A program made the translations under genes and the position numbers. Shown piece by piece: positions 26,695 to 40,501 of a stretch of DNA of 64,000 nt (the first letter of the stretch is position 1; each line of letters begins with the position of its first letter). This stretch comes from the human T2T-CHM13v2.0 reference genome, Homo sapiens: the NCBI RefSeq assembly GCF_009914755.1, contig NC_060931.1. One strand, written 5' to 3'. The notes below the pieces were generated by a model, which was not told where the DNA came from, did not search any database, and saw nothing but the letters and a program-made list of their open reading frames with translations.

Positions 26695-26988
26695 GGCCAG
26701 GCACGGTGGCTCACGCCTGTAATCCCAGCACTTTGGGGGCCCAAGATGGGCAGATTGCCCAAGCCTGGGCAATATGGCAAAACCTCGTCTCTATAAAAAA
26801 GCAAACAAATAAACAAAAAAATTAGCTGGACATGGTGGTGCATGCCTGTAGTCCCAGCTATTCAGGAGGCTGAGGTGGGAGGATGGTTGAGCCTGGGAGG
26901 TGGAGGTTGCAGTGAGCCAAGATCACGCCACTGCACTCCAGCCTGGGCAACAGAGCAAGATGCTGTCTCAAAAAAAAAAAAAAAAAAA
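26695..26988 (+). mobile_element. Alu (J-like)
   Basis: ggccaggcacggtggctcacgcc...tgtctc(A)n. Confidence 0.93.
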
Positions 26989-27904
26989 GTGAAAAAATTA
27001 AGCTTGCAACCATATTAAATTGATATACCATGGAACTGCCTTGCTAATTTCAGAAAGCTGTGACAATGCTGTGTATATAATGTATGTGAAAGCATGCTGT
27101 CCTTCAAATAATAGCAGTGCTATGAACCCTCCCCTGGCAAGAGTGGGTTTTGAGTTGTGTTTTAGTGGTTTAGGGGAATCTGTGAGACATGCAGTCTGTG
27201 AGAATGAGTGGTCAGTTAGTGGACTTAGAGCCGAGGAACACTAATCAGTCTATTCAGGGAGCAATTCATGCTTTTTAGGGCCAACCCATGGCTTAGCACC
27301 ATACTTCAGTCAGGCTGAAGGACTATGGCCATTAAAATAATGCCCTGATACGTAATTGCATTTATTTGTTTATTTAATACAGAAGAAAAATATTCTATGA
27401 TCAATAATACTCCATGTTTTCTTAATGTTTTTCATATCTTCTATGTTGATCTGGAGATACTGTGGGAATATATAGGAAACTAGGGAAATCACCCTTTATA
27501 CTGCTATAGTATTTGATTCAGTGATTTAGACCAGGTGTTTAAGGAATATGTTAGAGTAGATAATAACGGCAAAAGCCAGGCTGCTTTTGTAAAGCACTGT
27601 TTGGACTGACCTTGAAAAAAGGTGATAAGTCCATGCCAAGCAGGAACGTCAAGATTCCCTAGGTTGCTTCTTCACTGATTTCTACTTCAGTGCAATTCTT
27701 ACAAAACATAAAAAAGGATCTGTAAACAGGAGCCTGTAGAACAAACCTGATGCTTTGAATGAAATCACAGGTCTCTATCTCTAATCCTATCAGTGTTCTA
27801 ATTCTAGTAGCATTCTTTCCTCTTCTTGTTTAGAAAGTGGTTGGTGGAATCAATGAAAAAATAATTAGGTGAGCACTCCAAACATAGTATGAAGACAGCA
27901 ATCC

Positions 27905-28171
27905 CTCCGTCACCCAGGCTGGAGTGCAGTGTCATGATCTCGGTTCACTCCAACCTCTGCCTCCCAAGTTCAGTGATTCTCCTGCCTCAGACTCCCAAGT
28001 AGCTGGGATTACAGGTGTGTGCCACCACGCCCAGCTAATTTTTTTGTATTTTTGTAGAGATGGGGTTTCATCATGTTGGCCAGGCTGGTCTTGAACTCCT
28101 GACCTCAGGTGATCCACCTGCCTCGGCCTCCCAAAGTGCTGGGATTACAGTTGTGAGCCACTGCGCCTGGC
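27905..28171 (-). mobile_element. Alu (S-like) lacking an A tail
   Basis: cgtcacccaggctggagtgc...gagccactgcgcctggc. Confidence 0.92.
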
Positions 28172-28877
28172 ACATTCCTTTTTTGGACTTTTATTCAGTG
28201 ACAAGATGTATGTATACATATATGTTTCACAATACATTAAAAATTTTGTTTTATGTTTTAGTTTTAACATATTGTTAAGGAAATAGGTTAAATTTTAGAG
28301 ATGGAAGAACCTTTGCCTTTTCCATTTTTGTGTTGCCTCTGCAAAGAATCTGCTGCTTAATGTGGCATCTCCATGCTTATTTAGGTGATTATATGCATGA
28401 CTTGGTAAAGTCTGGTCCTTTATAATCAGCAGTTAATAGAAATATAGAAAGCAATAAAACATTACCAATTTGTAGAATCATTTTCTGTAACCATTTGAAA
28501 TGTATTAAATTATACATTCACTTTAACTTATCACTGAAGCAAGTGTATGTGATAAGAATATTTTATCTACGGCACTATCTGCTTGGTCTAAGTCCCTCTC
28601 ACTTCGTCATGGCATTTTGCTATAGTATTCTATTTCACTAATGAAACGCCACACTCAGAAGAACTATGTATTCCCAAATAAATGCAACAAAAATGTCATT
28701 ACAACTGATGAGTGCCTAATGATAATGCTGGATTATTTTTAAAAATCTTTAGCTCTGTAACAGAATTCAGCTATATTTACATTAACAGGAGAACCCACTA
28801 GTCAAATATGAAGAGATTATATATACGTGTATATATATATATATATGTTAAATATTTAAATATTTATTGAGACTTGT

Positions 28878-29232
28878 TGATACGGTTTGGCTCTGTGTCC
28901 CCACCCAAATCTCATCTTGAATTGTACTCCCATAATTCCCATGTATTGTGGGAGGGACCCAGGTGGGAGATAATTTGAATCATGAGAGCAGTTTCCTCCA
29001 TAATGTTCTTGTGGCAGTGAATAAGTCTGATGAGATCTGATGGGTTTATCAGGGGTTTCCACTTTTGCATCTTCCTTATTTTCTCTTGCTGCTGCCATGT
29101 AAGACATGCCTTTTGCCTCCCGCCACGATTCTGAGGCCTCCCTGGCCATGTGCAAGTGTAAGTCCGATTAAACCTCTTTTTCTTCCCAGTCTGGGTTTGT
29201 CTTTATCAAGAGCACGAAAACGGACTAATACA
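28878..29232 (+). mobile_element. THE1 (MaLR) solo LTR
   Basis: tgatacggtttggctctgtgtccccacccaaatctcatcttgaattgta...aaaacggactaataca; 5-bp TSD cttgt/tttgt. Confidence 0.92.
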
Positions 29233-29376
29233 TTTGTCAAAAGTGAAGCATGTAAAATGTGTGTGCTGTGGACAGCTAAGCTGCTCAGTTGACAAACACT
29301 TCCTCCACACCTTAGAAACAAATGTGTTAACATGCCACTATCAGTTCTGATCACAGGAGAACACATGCATTTTTAC

Positions 29377-29559
29377 CGTTATTATAAGGTTGCCAGAGTC
29401 TGAATCTTGTAGCATTGGTTTGGGCAGTGTATGGCAAGGGAACATTGATGAAAAGTATATTCGTTGTTTGAGGAAAGTAAAATTCATCCATCAGGTGCCA
29501 AGTGATTCCTCCACTGATGGAGAATTGTAACAGAATAGAGTGAGATCTCTCTGGGGTAC
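29377..29559 (-). CDS. RELN: Reelin exon 38 (183 nt, phase 1-1): [60 protein letters not shown]
   Basis: Acceptor cttcttcctag|GTACCC, donor AACG|gtaaaa. Within ORF 29351..29644. Confidence 0.96.
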
Positions 29560-30364
29560 CTAGGAAGAAGATAACACAGGTATAAAACATACTGTGATAA
29601 AAATGGGGAAATGGTATGTTCTTAGCTGAATCTTTAGGCATCAATGCATAAGAGAACTTATGTTTACATGGAAGCTTTATAGTCCAAATGCTTCAGAAGC
29701 AACTTAAGGGGATGACAGGTTGGGCTTTCTGTATATCTCGAAATACACACCAAAGCTTGGATTTGCACACAATAATACCTCCCTTTCTCTCTCAGATATG
29801 CACAGGCATCTTTCTGTATTTAGGAAACATTACATCAAAACATTTTGATTCTACAGGCATCACGATTTTACAAAGGGTCAAACATTTAAATCTCAGGATA
29901 TAAACAGAAAAACTGTTTGAATATGTATTATATCTACAATCAATTTGTTCAGGAAAATTATTTAGTTAATATGAAAAGCCAGAATGACTAAGAATAGGCT
30001 TTTTTTGGATTCACATCTGTAAAAGAAAATCCACGTTTTTCATAAGTTAAACATTTTAAAATTTAAATTTCTTTTAGTTAGAAAGTAGTGGTGGAAAGAC
30101 TCAGGGACATGATGATAAATTTAACTACCATAGAACTAATATGATTACAGCTATATGAAATTATTTAAAATCAGTAGTTTTCTTGCCCTTATATTAAGAT
30201 AAACTTACATTAAAGAAAAACATTTGCAAACATTTATGTATACTAATTTATGTTAGCCCTTCCATACAACAAAACTTATGGGCCTTAAATCCGTGATTTC
30301 TTTGTGGAAAAGGAATTGCACAGGGGAGAATTCTCTTGAAGGAAAATAATAAATTCATACTTAC

Positions 30365-30449
30365 TTTTTGCTATAAATCTAAGTGAAAACTGGACATACA
30401 TTGTATTTGTACAATCTAGATCTCTTGAAATAAGCATCCTTAGTCCTTC
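30365..30449 (-). CDS. RELN: Reelin exon 37 (85 nt, phase 0-1): [28 protein letters not shown]
   Basis: Acceptor tttattttcag|GAAGGA, donor AAAA|gtaagt. Too short for the ORF track; paralogous to the exon 43 peptide [12 protein letters not shown]. Confidence 0.95.
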
Positions 30450-31414
30450 CTGAAAATAAAAACATATACGTTAAGCAACTTTTTTTCACTTGCAAAATTG
30501 TATCCCTTTGATTTTATACACCTAACTTGCATTAGCTAAGTAATAAATACATATCATGATCAAGAAGCAAATTTTGCCTAGTTTAAAAGGAAAAATGGGA
30601 TGATCCTTGTTTCCCCTCTCTTAATGGCTTTCATATCCTGTGCCTGAATAACACAGTTTCATTGTCTCAACTCTAAATCATACTTTTCTGTGACTCTTCT
30701 AAAAAGCGGTGCAAAAATGATAGCATTACATATCTACAGGCCTTTTTTAAAAACAGCCTCCTTTGATCACAGCATGTTATGAGAGGAGTAACGAGGAAGC
30801 AGATGGAAAATGTGCCAAGTGCTCCCGCTGGAAGATGGGAACTGATAGGTGACTTTCTCAGGGTTCCAAGGAGTCTTAGGAACTTACTACTCCTTTGCTC
30901 ACTCTGACAGCCCCAGGGGCTCTCATTCAGGCTGACACAACAACATCCCCCAGTTGGTCAAGTTAAATAAGGCATAACTAAGGCAAGTCCTGATGCTCAC
31001 GCTGTAGGCATTCATGCAGAGAAGTCAATGAACAAGGAAAGAGATCACATTAGCTTTCGTAATTTTTTCTGCTAATTTAACTATTTCTGGTTGCCTAGGA
31101 TTGACAACTCGAAAGGTTCTTTTCTTCTTGGGTACATAGGATTGCAGTGACAGCCAGTAAAACAGAATTTCACTATGCAAATAGCCTAAGGTCCAGACAG
31201 GTCTTTTAGTTTTTCAGCTGCAACTTCTGAATGACGTGACTCTTTACGGATGCACGGCTGTGTGATAATAAGTGGACATTGTCACTGATTTCTCATCAAC
31301 TAACAAAGGCCAAATGTAATTTTAGCTAAAAGAGAACATTTTCCTCTTCTTCATCATATACATTATAGATCACGTTCCTCAATAGCTGAAAAAAATTTAA
31401 GTAGAGCAAATTCC

Positions 31415-31650
31415 ACAATAGCAACCATATATTGAGTGCCTATACATGCTGGGTGCTAAGATAGACATTTTACTCATTTAAAGCACCTAGCACTACTGAC
31501 AGAAAAATATTATTCTCATATTGCAGATAAGGAAACTAAAACTCAGAGAGGGAAAGTAACTTTCTCAAGATTACATAGTTTATAAGTGGTGATGGTAGGA
31601 TTTGAACCCAGATATGTCGGATTCTAAAACGTCTATCCTTTATGAGATAC
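31415..31650 (-). mobile_element. MIR
   Basis: tattgagtgcctatacatgctggg...gcagataaggaaactaaaactcagagaggg...ggatttgaacccag. Confidence 0.75.
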
Positions 31651-31972
31651 CAGTGTTTTGTTTATTAAACTATCTTTTGGTTTGGGGAGAAAAATATCCA
31701 GATAATGCCAAATGTAGAATTTGAGAATTATTTGATATTGTAATGAAAACGCAACTGCATTTAATCCATCTCATAACTTCACAAAGCATAGATTCATACT
31801 TCAGGACAGGTTGCCATGTAAAAGCCTTATATTTCTAGTCTTTGTTTTTTCTTTTATGCCTAGTAATTCACTGCTCTGTTCGGTCCATGATACCTAACCC
31901 ATGCATCTTCTTCATTTCTTCATGTCTTAATGTCTTTACCCTCTTCCTTATACACTTGCATAAAGCCTTGGA

Positions 31973-32138
31973 TTTTTTTTTGTTTGTTTTAAGAGACAGA
32001 GTCTTGCTCTGTTGCCCAGTGGCTATTTATAAATGTAATCATAGCTCACTACAAACTCGAACTCCTGGCCTCAAATGATCCTCCCACCTCAGCCCCCACT
32101 GTAGCTGGGACTAGAGGTGTGCACCACTGTGCCTGGCT
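31973..32138 (-). mobile_element. Alu monomer (FRAM/FLAM-like)
   Basis: agagacagagtcttgctctgttgccca...ccactgtgcctggct. Confidence 0.8.
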
Positions 32139-33930
32139 AAGTGTTGGATTCTTTTAGAGCTCAATGCCATGTGGGAGTGGAGGTTGAGAGGAAAGGTCCC
32201 TTCTTCAGATCGTAATGAAAAAGCTTTGAGATAGACAGTTGATAGATTCAGGTAATAAATATCCCTTGCTAACATCAAACTATAGAAATATGATTACTCT
32301 TTCCCCTTGATTATGGAATGCAAGTATAAAGTTGTTCCCATGGGTCAATACAAGTCACTCATAAAGGGACCTATTTTACACTGTATTTTGTAGGAGCAAT
32401 TTTATTGAAAGTGAGCATGATTTGTAATCTGAAAGTATCTTTCTTTTATATTTGTAATATTTGTTTATAGGTTAGCATTTTATATTGATATTTATACAGC
32501 AGAACTGTCAAACTCTGCTGCCACATATATTCTAGTTCACAGACATATGTTTCTTTTCTCATCCTTTTTCAGGTTCAGTGATCCATTTGTGCTAAATGTG
32601 AGAAATTCTTTTGCAACAAACAAGCTATTTTAATAGTAGATAGTATTCCTGAATCTATAAACATTAAAAAGAGACTATCATATCCTTTTTCACGAAAGAA
32701 TGACTTTCTAGGTCAAACTGCCACCTACTGAATGGCACATGCTGAGTCCTCTCTACATCTTGCAGAGCTGATAGATAATATGTCTAAGACATATAATGCT
32801 TGGCTGCTCTTGCATTTGGATGGCTAAAGGGAAAATATAAAACATTATGCATCTTTCTTGTTTAGAGGATCAAAAGACTAGGTTAATTCTACTGCTTAAA
32901 AATTTATCAGATAAAGATCTTTCAATCATAAAAAGTTATAGGACTTCTGCTTTTTAGTCTTGTCAACTGGTTCAAATGGGTCAGATGTGAGCTAATGGTA
33001 ATGAGAACTAACATCTTAGATAAGACAAAACAAAACAAATCCCGCTGCCCCCAAAACCAGGAGTTTCCACTCTGAAATGTTCTACCTTAATTTCTTCAGT
33101 CCCTCAAAACTCTCAGAGACTTGTAAATCTCTCTCAGGCCCTATGCATTTCTTTCTTTCTCATCCAAAACTTGAGAAGGATTTGGATTCAAACAAGGATG
33201 ATAACTGGCATCTATTGACTATAATTGAAAAAGTTCCAGGGTATCTAATTTTCTAGGTGTTAGATGTTAATCATTAGGGCTGTACAGAAACCCATGCAGG
33301 TTTTTGTCAAAGATTTCATTTGCACACCTAGGTTAGTCAATTTCCCCATGCTGAGAGAGATGGGATGTGGCATGTATTCACATATGAAGATATGCCAGCT
33401 TAGCACAGAGTTTCACACAATTGCTTAACATTCTCTCTAACCAGACATCTCGGTTGAAATACAAAAAGATATTAACAATGTTTGAGAATGCTATTTTACT
33501 TGACTTAAGTATTTGATTTTCTTAAAGTCACCAAATGGTTCTATTGGCAGAAAAAAAAAGAAAAGGAAAATTAAAGACCGTTCATAAAGTCATTTAGAAA
33601 ATATTCCAAGTTAAATATTTAGTAACATAAAATCTTAGACTATGGAAATTTACATTCTAAAAACTATCTACATATAAATTTATGTACATAATTCCAGCAG
33701 GAAGTAAGGAAGGTCTGATCACCAAAGCAGAGGAGAAATTTTATGCCCAAGTAATCATGAAAAAATGATTGCACTCAGAAGAGGAAACATGGTTTGGGCT
33801 AAAAGTCAATAACTATGTATTAAATATTATGTCATTTGAAGAGATTCAGAAATCCATTTGTGTTGAGCAGTGACTGAAGAAGACAATGTTAGTAGTAATG
33901 TTGGGAAGGAGAATCTTATCTGTATCTGAC

Positions 33931-34108
33931 CCCTTTAAAAATTAGAGATGTTCCAGATTTGATGGTTTCACCATTCAGATTCCCCCTCTCTGCACCATAC
34001 ACTTCAGGCCAAAGGTCAGGATGTAAATTCCCATTGAAATCGTCTTTAAGAATCGAGGGCAGAGGAACAACAGGAACACAATAGGGTCCACCAAAGCCCC
34101 GGTCACAC
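33931..34108 (-). CDS. RELN: Reelin exon 36 (178 nt, phase 2-0): [59 protein letters not shown]
   Basis: Acceptor ctctttcttag|GTGTGA, donor AGGG|gtcaga. Preceded by a 103-nt intron. Confidence 0.95.
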
Positions 34109-34211
34109 CTAAGAAAGAGAGGGAGTGGAGAAAAGACATTTGTCACACGTTCAACAAGCCATATTTATTTTTGCGTTACAAAGAAAGAAACTGTCAGTTT
34201 TATTAACTTAC

Positions 34212-34352
34212 ACACAGCGTCCAGCATCACAAATCCCTCGTCCTGAGCACATCCAAGGGCACCCTGAGGCCAGTACAACATTATCAATCGCCCAGGAATC
34301 AGCCCCCACAGTGTAGTTGGCCTGAATCCATCTGAACCGGGTCCTGGGAGAA
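34212..34352 (-). CDS. RELN: Reelin exon 35 (141 nt, phase 2-2): [47 protein letters not shown]; start of the repeat 4 EGF module
   Basis: Acceptor (T)18ggttag|TTCTCC, donor GTGT|gtaagt. Confidence 0.96.
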
Positions 34353-35610
34353 CTAACCAAAAAAAAAAAAAAAAAACACACCACTGGTTTGACAAGCAAC
34401 CTTGAAAGCACAAGGACATTTATTTTAATTCCCTTTTCTCTTTAAAGTGCCTTCCTCCAGGGTCCAGTTCTCTCTTTCTTGACGTACTTTATTTTCCTAC
34501 TAAGTAGTAAGAAATGCTGTTTTCTCTTGACTCATAAACAGGAGAGTAGAAAGCATGTTATTTAAATATTTCACTATTTTTTTCATGTAAGATTCTACAA
34601 ACACATGTGTGAAATGGAAAAGTTATTTTGAACTATCCACTTGTTTTGTTTTTGAAATACATGCAGAATTTCAGTTTTTGCTTTCAGACTCTTATTGCTA
34701 TTCAGTACTGGGAGGGATTGAAGGTGATAAACATGAGGAAAAATTAGGGTCTTAAAAGTTCTGGCAGTGAGGTCTCTATTTTACTGTCCCGGAATGGTTT
34801 CTGAGAGTAAATGGAAGCCCTTGATACTTCTGCACTCTACTTTGGTTCTTGAGGTTCTGGCTTTCTAAAGCTGAGGCCTAGAATGATGTGATGTATTCTC
34901 ATATTTTCTATTTATTTGCAATCTGTTATTTGGAGTATCTTGGGTCACAAGACTGCTTTATCCAGAAATAGATGCAGACTTACCAAACAACAGTAACAGC
35001 CCCTCACTTAGGAAAAGTTTGCATAGAAGTGTGTTTGTCTGTTATGTGGAATGTGGAACACAGTCTACTTGAAGTAGAATTTCAGCAGCACCATTCTAAG
35101 TAGAACTGTTTCCCCTACACAAGTTCTCCATGGATGTGACACAGCTGTCAGCATGGTGGCTTTAACATGGAAACCTAATCACAGCAACACTGTTTACCAC
35201 CCTTCAGTGGTTCCCCAACATATGCACTGTCAAGACCAAACTACTTAGGATGACATACATGGCTCCTCCATTGTCTGTCCTCTTTCCTGGCTCCAGACCT
35301 CCTACTTCTTACCTTGCAATTATATTCTGGCAACACTGAGCCCTTGAATTTCCCCATCCACCCATGCTTTTTCTGGCTTCCTGGATTTTGTTCTGGCTTA
35401 TGCCAGCACAAATGCCCTTTTGCTCCCCTCTTCTCCTGGATAAGCCCTACTCAGAGTCAGCTGAGACATCAACTCCTTCAGAAAGCTCCCTCCAGTTCTC
35501 CCCAAATGAGTTAGGTAGTACCCTCCTGTGTTTCAATAATATCTCTGAGTACTTCCTCTGGTATCATCTTATAGCATAAACAGCTGCTTAGAGGTTTGTT
35601 ATCCTAAATA

Positions 35611-36442
35611 CAGTGATGTGCTGCATAATGACGTTTCTGTCGATGATGGACTGCATTTATGACAATGGTCTCATAAGATTATAATGGATCTGAAAAAAAA
35701 TTCCTATTGCTAATTGACATCTTGATGATTCTGACCTTGTGTATGCCAAGGCTAATAATGTGTATTTTTGTGTCTAAGTTTTTAAGAAAGAAGTTTTCAA
35801 AGTTAAAGTTCTCAAAATATTAAAAGCTTACAGAATAACGATAGAAAGAAAACATTTTTGTACAGCTGTACAATGTGCTTGTGTTTTAAGCTGTTATCAC
35901 AAGAGTCCAAAAGTTTTAAAAAAAGTTTATATAATGGAAAAGTTATAGTAAGGTAAATTTATTATTGAAGAAAGAAAAATATTCTTTTTTTAAATTTAGT
36001 GGAGCCTAAGTGCATAGTGTTTATGAAATCTATAGTAGTGTACAGTAATATTCTAGGCCTTCACATTCACTCACCACTCACTCACCCACTCACCCAGAGC
36101 AACTTCCAGTCCTGTAAGCTCTGTTTATGGGAAGTGCCCTATACAAGTGTACCATTTAAAAATCTTTTATACCATATTTTTATTGTACCTTTCCTATGTT
36201 TAGATATGTTTAGATATACAAATACTTGGAATTATGTTACAATTGCTTACAGTATTTAGTATAGCAATATGCTGTACAGCTTTGTAGCTGAGGAGCAATA
36301 GGCTATATCATACAGCATAGGTGTGTAATAGGCTAAACCATGAAGGTTTATGTAAGTTCACTCTATGATGTTCACACAACAATGGAATTGCCTAACGATG
36401 CATTTCTCAGATGTATCACCATCGTTAAGTGATGCATGACTT
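35611..36442 (+). mobile_element. Tigger3-like TcMar DNA transposon inserted into an L2 relic
   Basis: Termini cagtgatgtgctgcataatgacg... and ...catcgttaagtgatgcatgactt are imperfect inverted repeats, flanked by TA on both sides. Confidence 0.85.
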
Positions 36443-36659
36443 TAACACATTTGGATCCTGGCATCAGCTTATTCATGTAGTACCAGAGTGCTTAAAACAC
36501 AGTAGATATTCAATAAGTGTTTGTTGAATTTTTAAAAAATGAATAAATGAGCTACAAACAAGTAAGCACTATTTAAAGCTTTAGCAGTCATAGGAAACTA
36601 TTTTAGGCTAAATACTAAAATGTTTTGGCTTCCTGAATTTTCCCTTGCCTCTTGGTTGT

Positions 36660-37130
36660 ACATGTCTGGATCAGGTTTGAACCAGGAAAACAGAAACCAC
36701 TATAAACACTTAACACAGAAAGAAATTAGTGCAAGGAATTGGATGTATAGCAAGTGGCAGAGCAGAGAAGCCAGTAGAAGCAGTGAGGAAACCGGAGTTT
36801 AGCAAAGTCAGGAAGCCACTTACTGTGAGTCTGAGACTGTAGGGACACAGGGAGGAAGTGTTGTTGCTGGTGCCCAGGGACCAGGGTCACCTGGAGGGCC
36901 ACCCAGGGGAGCTAGAGCCACAGAAGTTGGCCAAGATGCACTTGAGGCAGAAAGAGGGGGGAGGAACACCCTGATTTATCCCTTATCTCTCCCCTCCATT
37001 CTCCTGCAGTGTCTGACAGATGTAGGAGGCTGGGAAATGCAGCCTGCCATTCAGAACAGAGCACAGGAATGGAGAGGCAAGGATCTCGGGGGAGCAGTCA
37101 CAGGAGGTACAGCCTCTAACCAGTCACCAC
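36660..37130. mobile_element. Old ERVL-class LTR fragment
   Basis: aaccaggaaaacagaaaccact...agaaattagtgcaaggaattgg...ggctgggaaatgcagc pattern; subfamily uncertain. Confidence 0.5.
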
Positions 37131-37675
37131 AGTACCCGTTAGTTCCCAGAAACATCCTCCAATGATCCAAATGCCTACACCACAAAAGTGGAAGCCTGCT
37201 GTAAGTCAGTACAACTCTTGAATGTGATCTGAAATGCTGGGGAGGGGAAGACAGATGCAAAACAATATGAGCATTCCAAAGGAACCAACCTTTTGTTCAT
37301 ACTGTGGTACTGAGATGAAAAAAAACTAAGGATACTCTCCAATATGTGGTAATTTCACATACTGTTTTGTGTGAATAAGTATCAGTCTGGTTTATGGGCA
37401 GAGACTTATTTTTACAACAGTTTAAAAATGGAATCTGGTGGGCAGCCTTTATGCTGGCAAAGAACAGAAAAGTTCAGCCTCATAAAACTTTTGGTGCTCT
37501 CTAGCCACATTTAAAACTTGCAACCCAAAGCACCTTGCACTTTTTTTTCTTCCTGGCACTTCCATGCATAATTATCATGAAAGAATAATAGAATCCCCAG
37601 GCCGAATCACAATTATTTTCAAATTAAGTGACAGGCACCCAAAGTTCTGACATGTAGCCAAATGACAATTCTCAC

Positions 37676-37949
37676 ATGGTGGAGAGTGGAAGGTAGACAG
37701 TGATCCGCTTCCAATTCTGGAATCTTTCCGAGGTGTAAATTGAACTTTCCGTGTAATGCAGACAGCCAATGGTTGGAGGAACACACTCTTCGGTGACAAG
37801 ATGCCAGTCCTTGCCATTGTTCAGAGAATACTGGAGCTGTACACTGTGGGAGTTGCTGAAGGGCTTGCTACAGCCCATGCTCATTTCAAACTGCAAAAAG
37901 GTAGATGCTGACACATGAAAATCCCAGGTCTCAGCATAACGAGGTTTTC
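37676..37949 (-). CDS. RELN: Reelin exon 34 (274 nt, phase 1-2): [90 protein letters not shown]
   Basis: Acceptor (T)11cag|GAAAAC, donor CCAT|gtgaga. Within ORF 37672..37992. Confidence 0.96.
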
Positions 37950-38189
37950 CTGAAAAAAAAAAATGTGTAATGGTAGCATATATGTGTGCCATTTTCTTAT
38001 TTGGTGTTTATGCTTATAATAAACATCTTCAATAGCAAACAAAAATCATGGCCTATCTTTAGTGCCCCCTATGTGCTTTGACTTTTCTTCTTATATTTTC
38101 TGCTTCTATTTGGTTACCATAGATTTAGAAATATAGAAGGCTGCTAATTTGAAAAGCATTACCACCTTGGAAAGGGCTAACATATTATC

Positions 38190-38320
38190 TTTAAAATATT
38201 GATATATTACAGTTATACATATATTGGGTTACATGTGATATTTTGATACATTTATACAATATGTAATGATCAAATCAGGGTAATTGGGATATCCAGCACT
38301 TCAAACATCTATCTTTTTGT
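38190..38320 (-). mobile_element. L1MA 3' end fragment
   Basis: tacatatattgggttacatgtgatattttgatacat...gtaatgatcaaatcagggtaattgggatatcc. Confidence 0.75.
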
Positions 38321-38622
38321 AAACATAGAGTCTTAAGTCTACAAGTTATGAAACATAGGAATGTCCTCTCATAGATTTTTTTTGCTCTTCTAAGAAACCT
38401 TACTCATATCATTCATGTTCTGTGAAAGACAGTTCCAACAAAAACCGTCACTAGGATCACCAAGTTGTCTTAGCACAATAAAACTTTTTTTTCACTGAGA
38501 GCCACCCTCAGCATGGGTAGTTAGGCACACGGTTTTGCATTAGAAAGTTTTCTCCTGACTTTTAGTTAATTTAGTCCTCTAGTTAATCAGATATTTTCCC
38601 TTTATCTGGTGACAATATATAC

Positions 38623-38811
38623 CTATGTTTTCAGTGAATATCAGAGCAGTATCCATAGAGAGACAGTCAATATCAACTTGACCTCCTTGGATTCGATACC
38701 AGTTGGCTTGCAAATCTATAGAGCCATCAAATTTGTCTTGAAATCCAGTTTGAGAGCTGTCATTCATTCCTATAAGAACATCATCCAAAGCCCACTGGGC
38801 TGAATGCTTCC
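38623..38811 (-). CDS. RELN: Reelin exon 33 (189 nt, phase 1-1): [62 protein letters not shown]; repeat 3/4 boundary
   Basis: Acceptor tctgattgcag|GGAAGC, donor ATAG|gtatat. Preceded by a 188-nt intron. Confidence 0.95.
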
Positions 38812-38999
38812 CTGCAATCAGATGAATAAAGGTGGTTAGAGAAGTTTTGTTACATAGCAATATGAATATCTTCATGACTGTGATTTTAAATCAAATTGTC
38901 TAGAAATTGACAGCAAATTAAGAAACACACAGTGCAAGGTGGGTATGGATACTTCATGACCTAAAAGCTACCAGAAAGCTGGAGTGAGCAGTAACTTAC

Positions 39000-39158
39000 C
39001 ATGTTGCGGTTGCCACCATCGAAATGCCGTTGCAGGTGTCTTCGCGTCCTGTGGCAGGTCAATGGAAATGATCTGTGGTTCCAGGAAGGACATGAAGTCC
39101 AACTCTCGAAGCAAATGCCAGAGTATCCCATTGTCATTTGAATACTGAACAATAAGCC
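39000..39158 (-). CDS. RELN: Reelin exon 32 (159 nt, phase 1-1): [52 protein letters not shown]
   Basis: Acceptor ttttaactcag|GGCTTA, donor CATG|gtaagt. BNR motif. Confidence 0.96.
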
Positions 39159-40213
39159 CTGAGTTAAAAGACATAAATCCAGTTATTTGGACACTTTCCT
39201 AGAGGGGAAGGAACAGTATTTCTTAAATGGTGAGACTGCAGCAACCTCAAATTGTGTCTCCTAGAACGAGGGCACATTTGTGTAACTTCCAAGGAATGAA
39301 TTAGTGGACCTGAAGGCTCATCAATTTTTTGATGGTTTCTAATGCACTGACTCCCAGGAAATGAAGGAAAAAATACATAAGCTCTTATAAGACTGCTCAG
39401 CTTTGTATGAGTGATGAGTAAGTTGGTAAGGGGAACATAAAAACCTGCCTCAGATCACGTATTTGAATTTTAGATTCTGTTCTGAACATTACAAAGTCTC
39501 ATATCATTATTATATATTCAGAAGAAATATCTCAATCTCCCTGGCAAAAAATCAAGTAGCTCTTTGCTGCTGACGCACTAGGCAGTAAGCACCGCCTGGT
39601 ATGAAATTCTATTAAGCAGAAAGATCCTTTTACTTGCACTTCGCACTTTGTCAGATCTTGGTCAGTGAAGCCTAAGTGAAATCAAATTATTAAGTGGCAA
39701 AGCAGAAAGGCTCACGCTTCTCCAACATTAGTCTGACTTTCGTTTCTCTGTGTCACCTTTTCCCCTTTTCTTGTCCCATTCATCCACGCCCCTCCACTGT
39801 CACTAGGGTGACATGATCCAGGGGACTGCACATTAAAGTGTAAGGGACCTCATGTCCCTTCTAAAAGAGGATGCAGAGAAAGCGCAATGTTGAATGAAAG
39901 GAAAAAGTTGCTAAGGATGAAACTGTGGGAATCAATTATATACATATGTGTGTGTGTATAACGAGGTATAAATCAGTGCCTGTGTTAAGAATAAGACTGT
40001 GCCAGCCTTTATACGCGCTTCTTTGGTAGGGGGGGTAGAGTGGTAGAGGGTATTGATCTAATTGCCTATTCCATAATTTTCCTAAGACTGGCACTGCATA
40101 TTCATAATTACGACTAGGGATACTGAACTATTTTTTGAGTATTCATAGATATTATGCTCAGTAAAGTTGTTATTTTTACTTTATTATATATATATCTTAT
40201 ATATATATATATT

Positions 40214-40501
40214 TTAATTGAGACAGGGTCTCACTCTGTCACCCATGCTGGAGTGCAGTGGCACGATTACAGCTCACTGCAACCTTTTCCTCCCCGGGCT
40301 CAAGTGATCCTCCAACCTCTGCCCTCCAAGTAGCTGGGACTATAGGTGTGTGCCACCTCGCTCGGCTAATTTTTGTACTTTTTGTAAAGACGGGGTTTTG
40401 CCATGTTGCTCAGGCTGGTCTCAAACTCCTGGGCTCAAGCGATCTGCCTGCCTCAGCCTCCCAAAATGCTGAGATTAAAGGCGTGAGCCATTGCACTCAG
40501 C
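40214..40501 (-). mobile_element. Alu (J-like) with a (TA)n-derived tail at ~40180-40213
   Basis: gagacagggtctcactctgtcaccc...gtgagccattgcactcagc. Confidence 0.93.
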
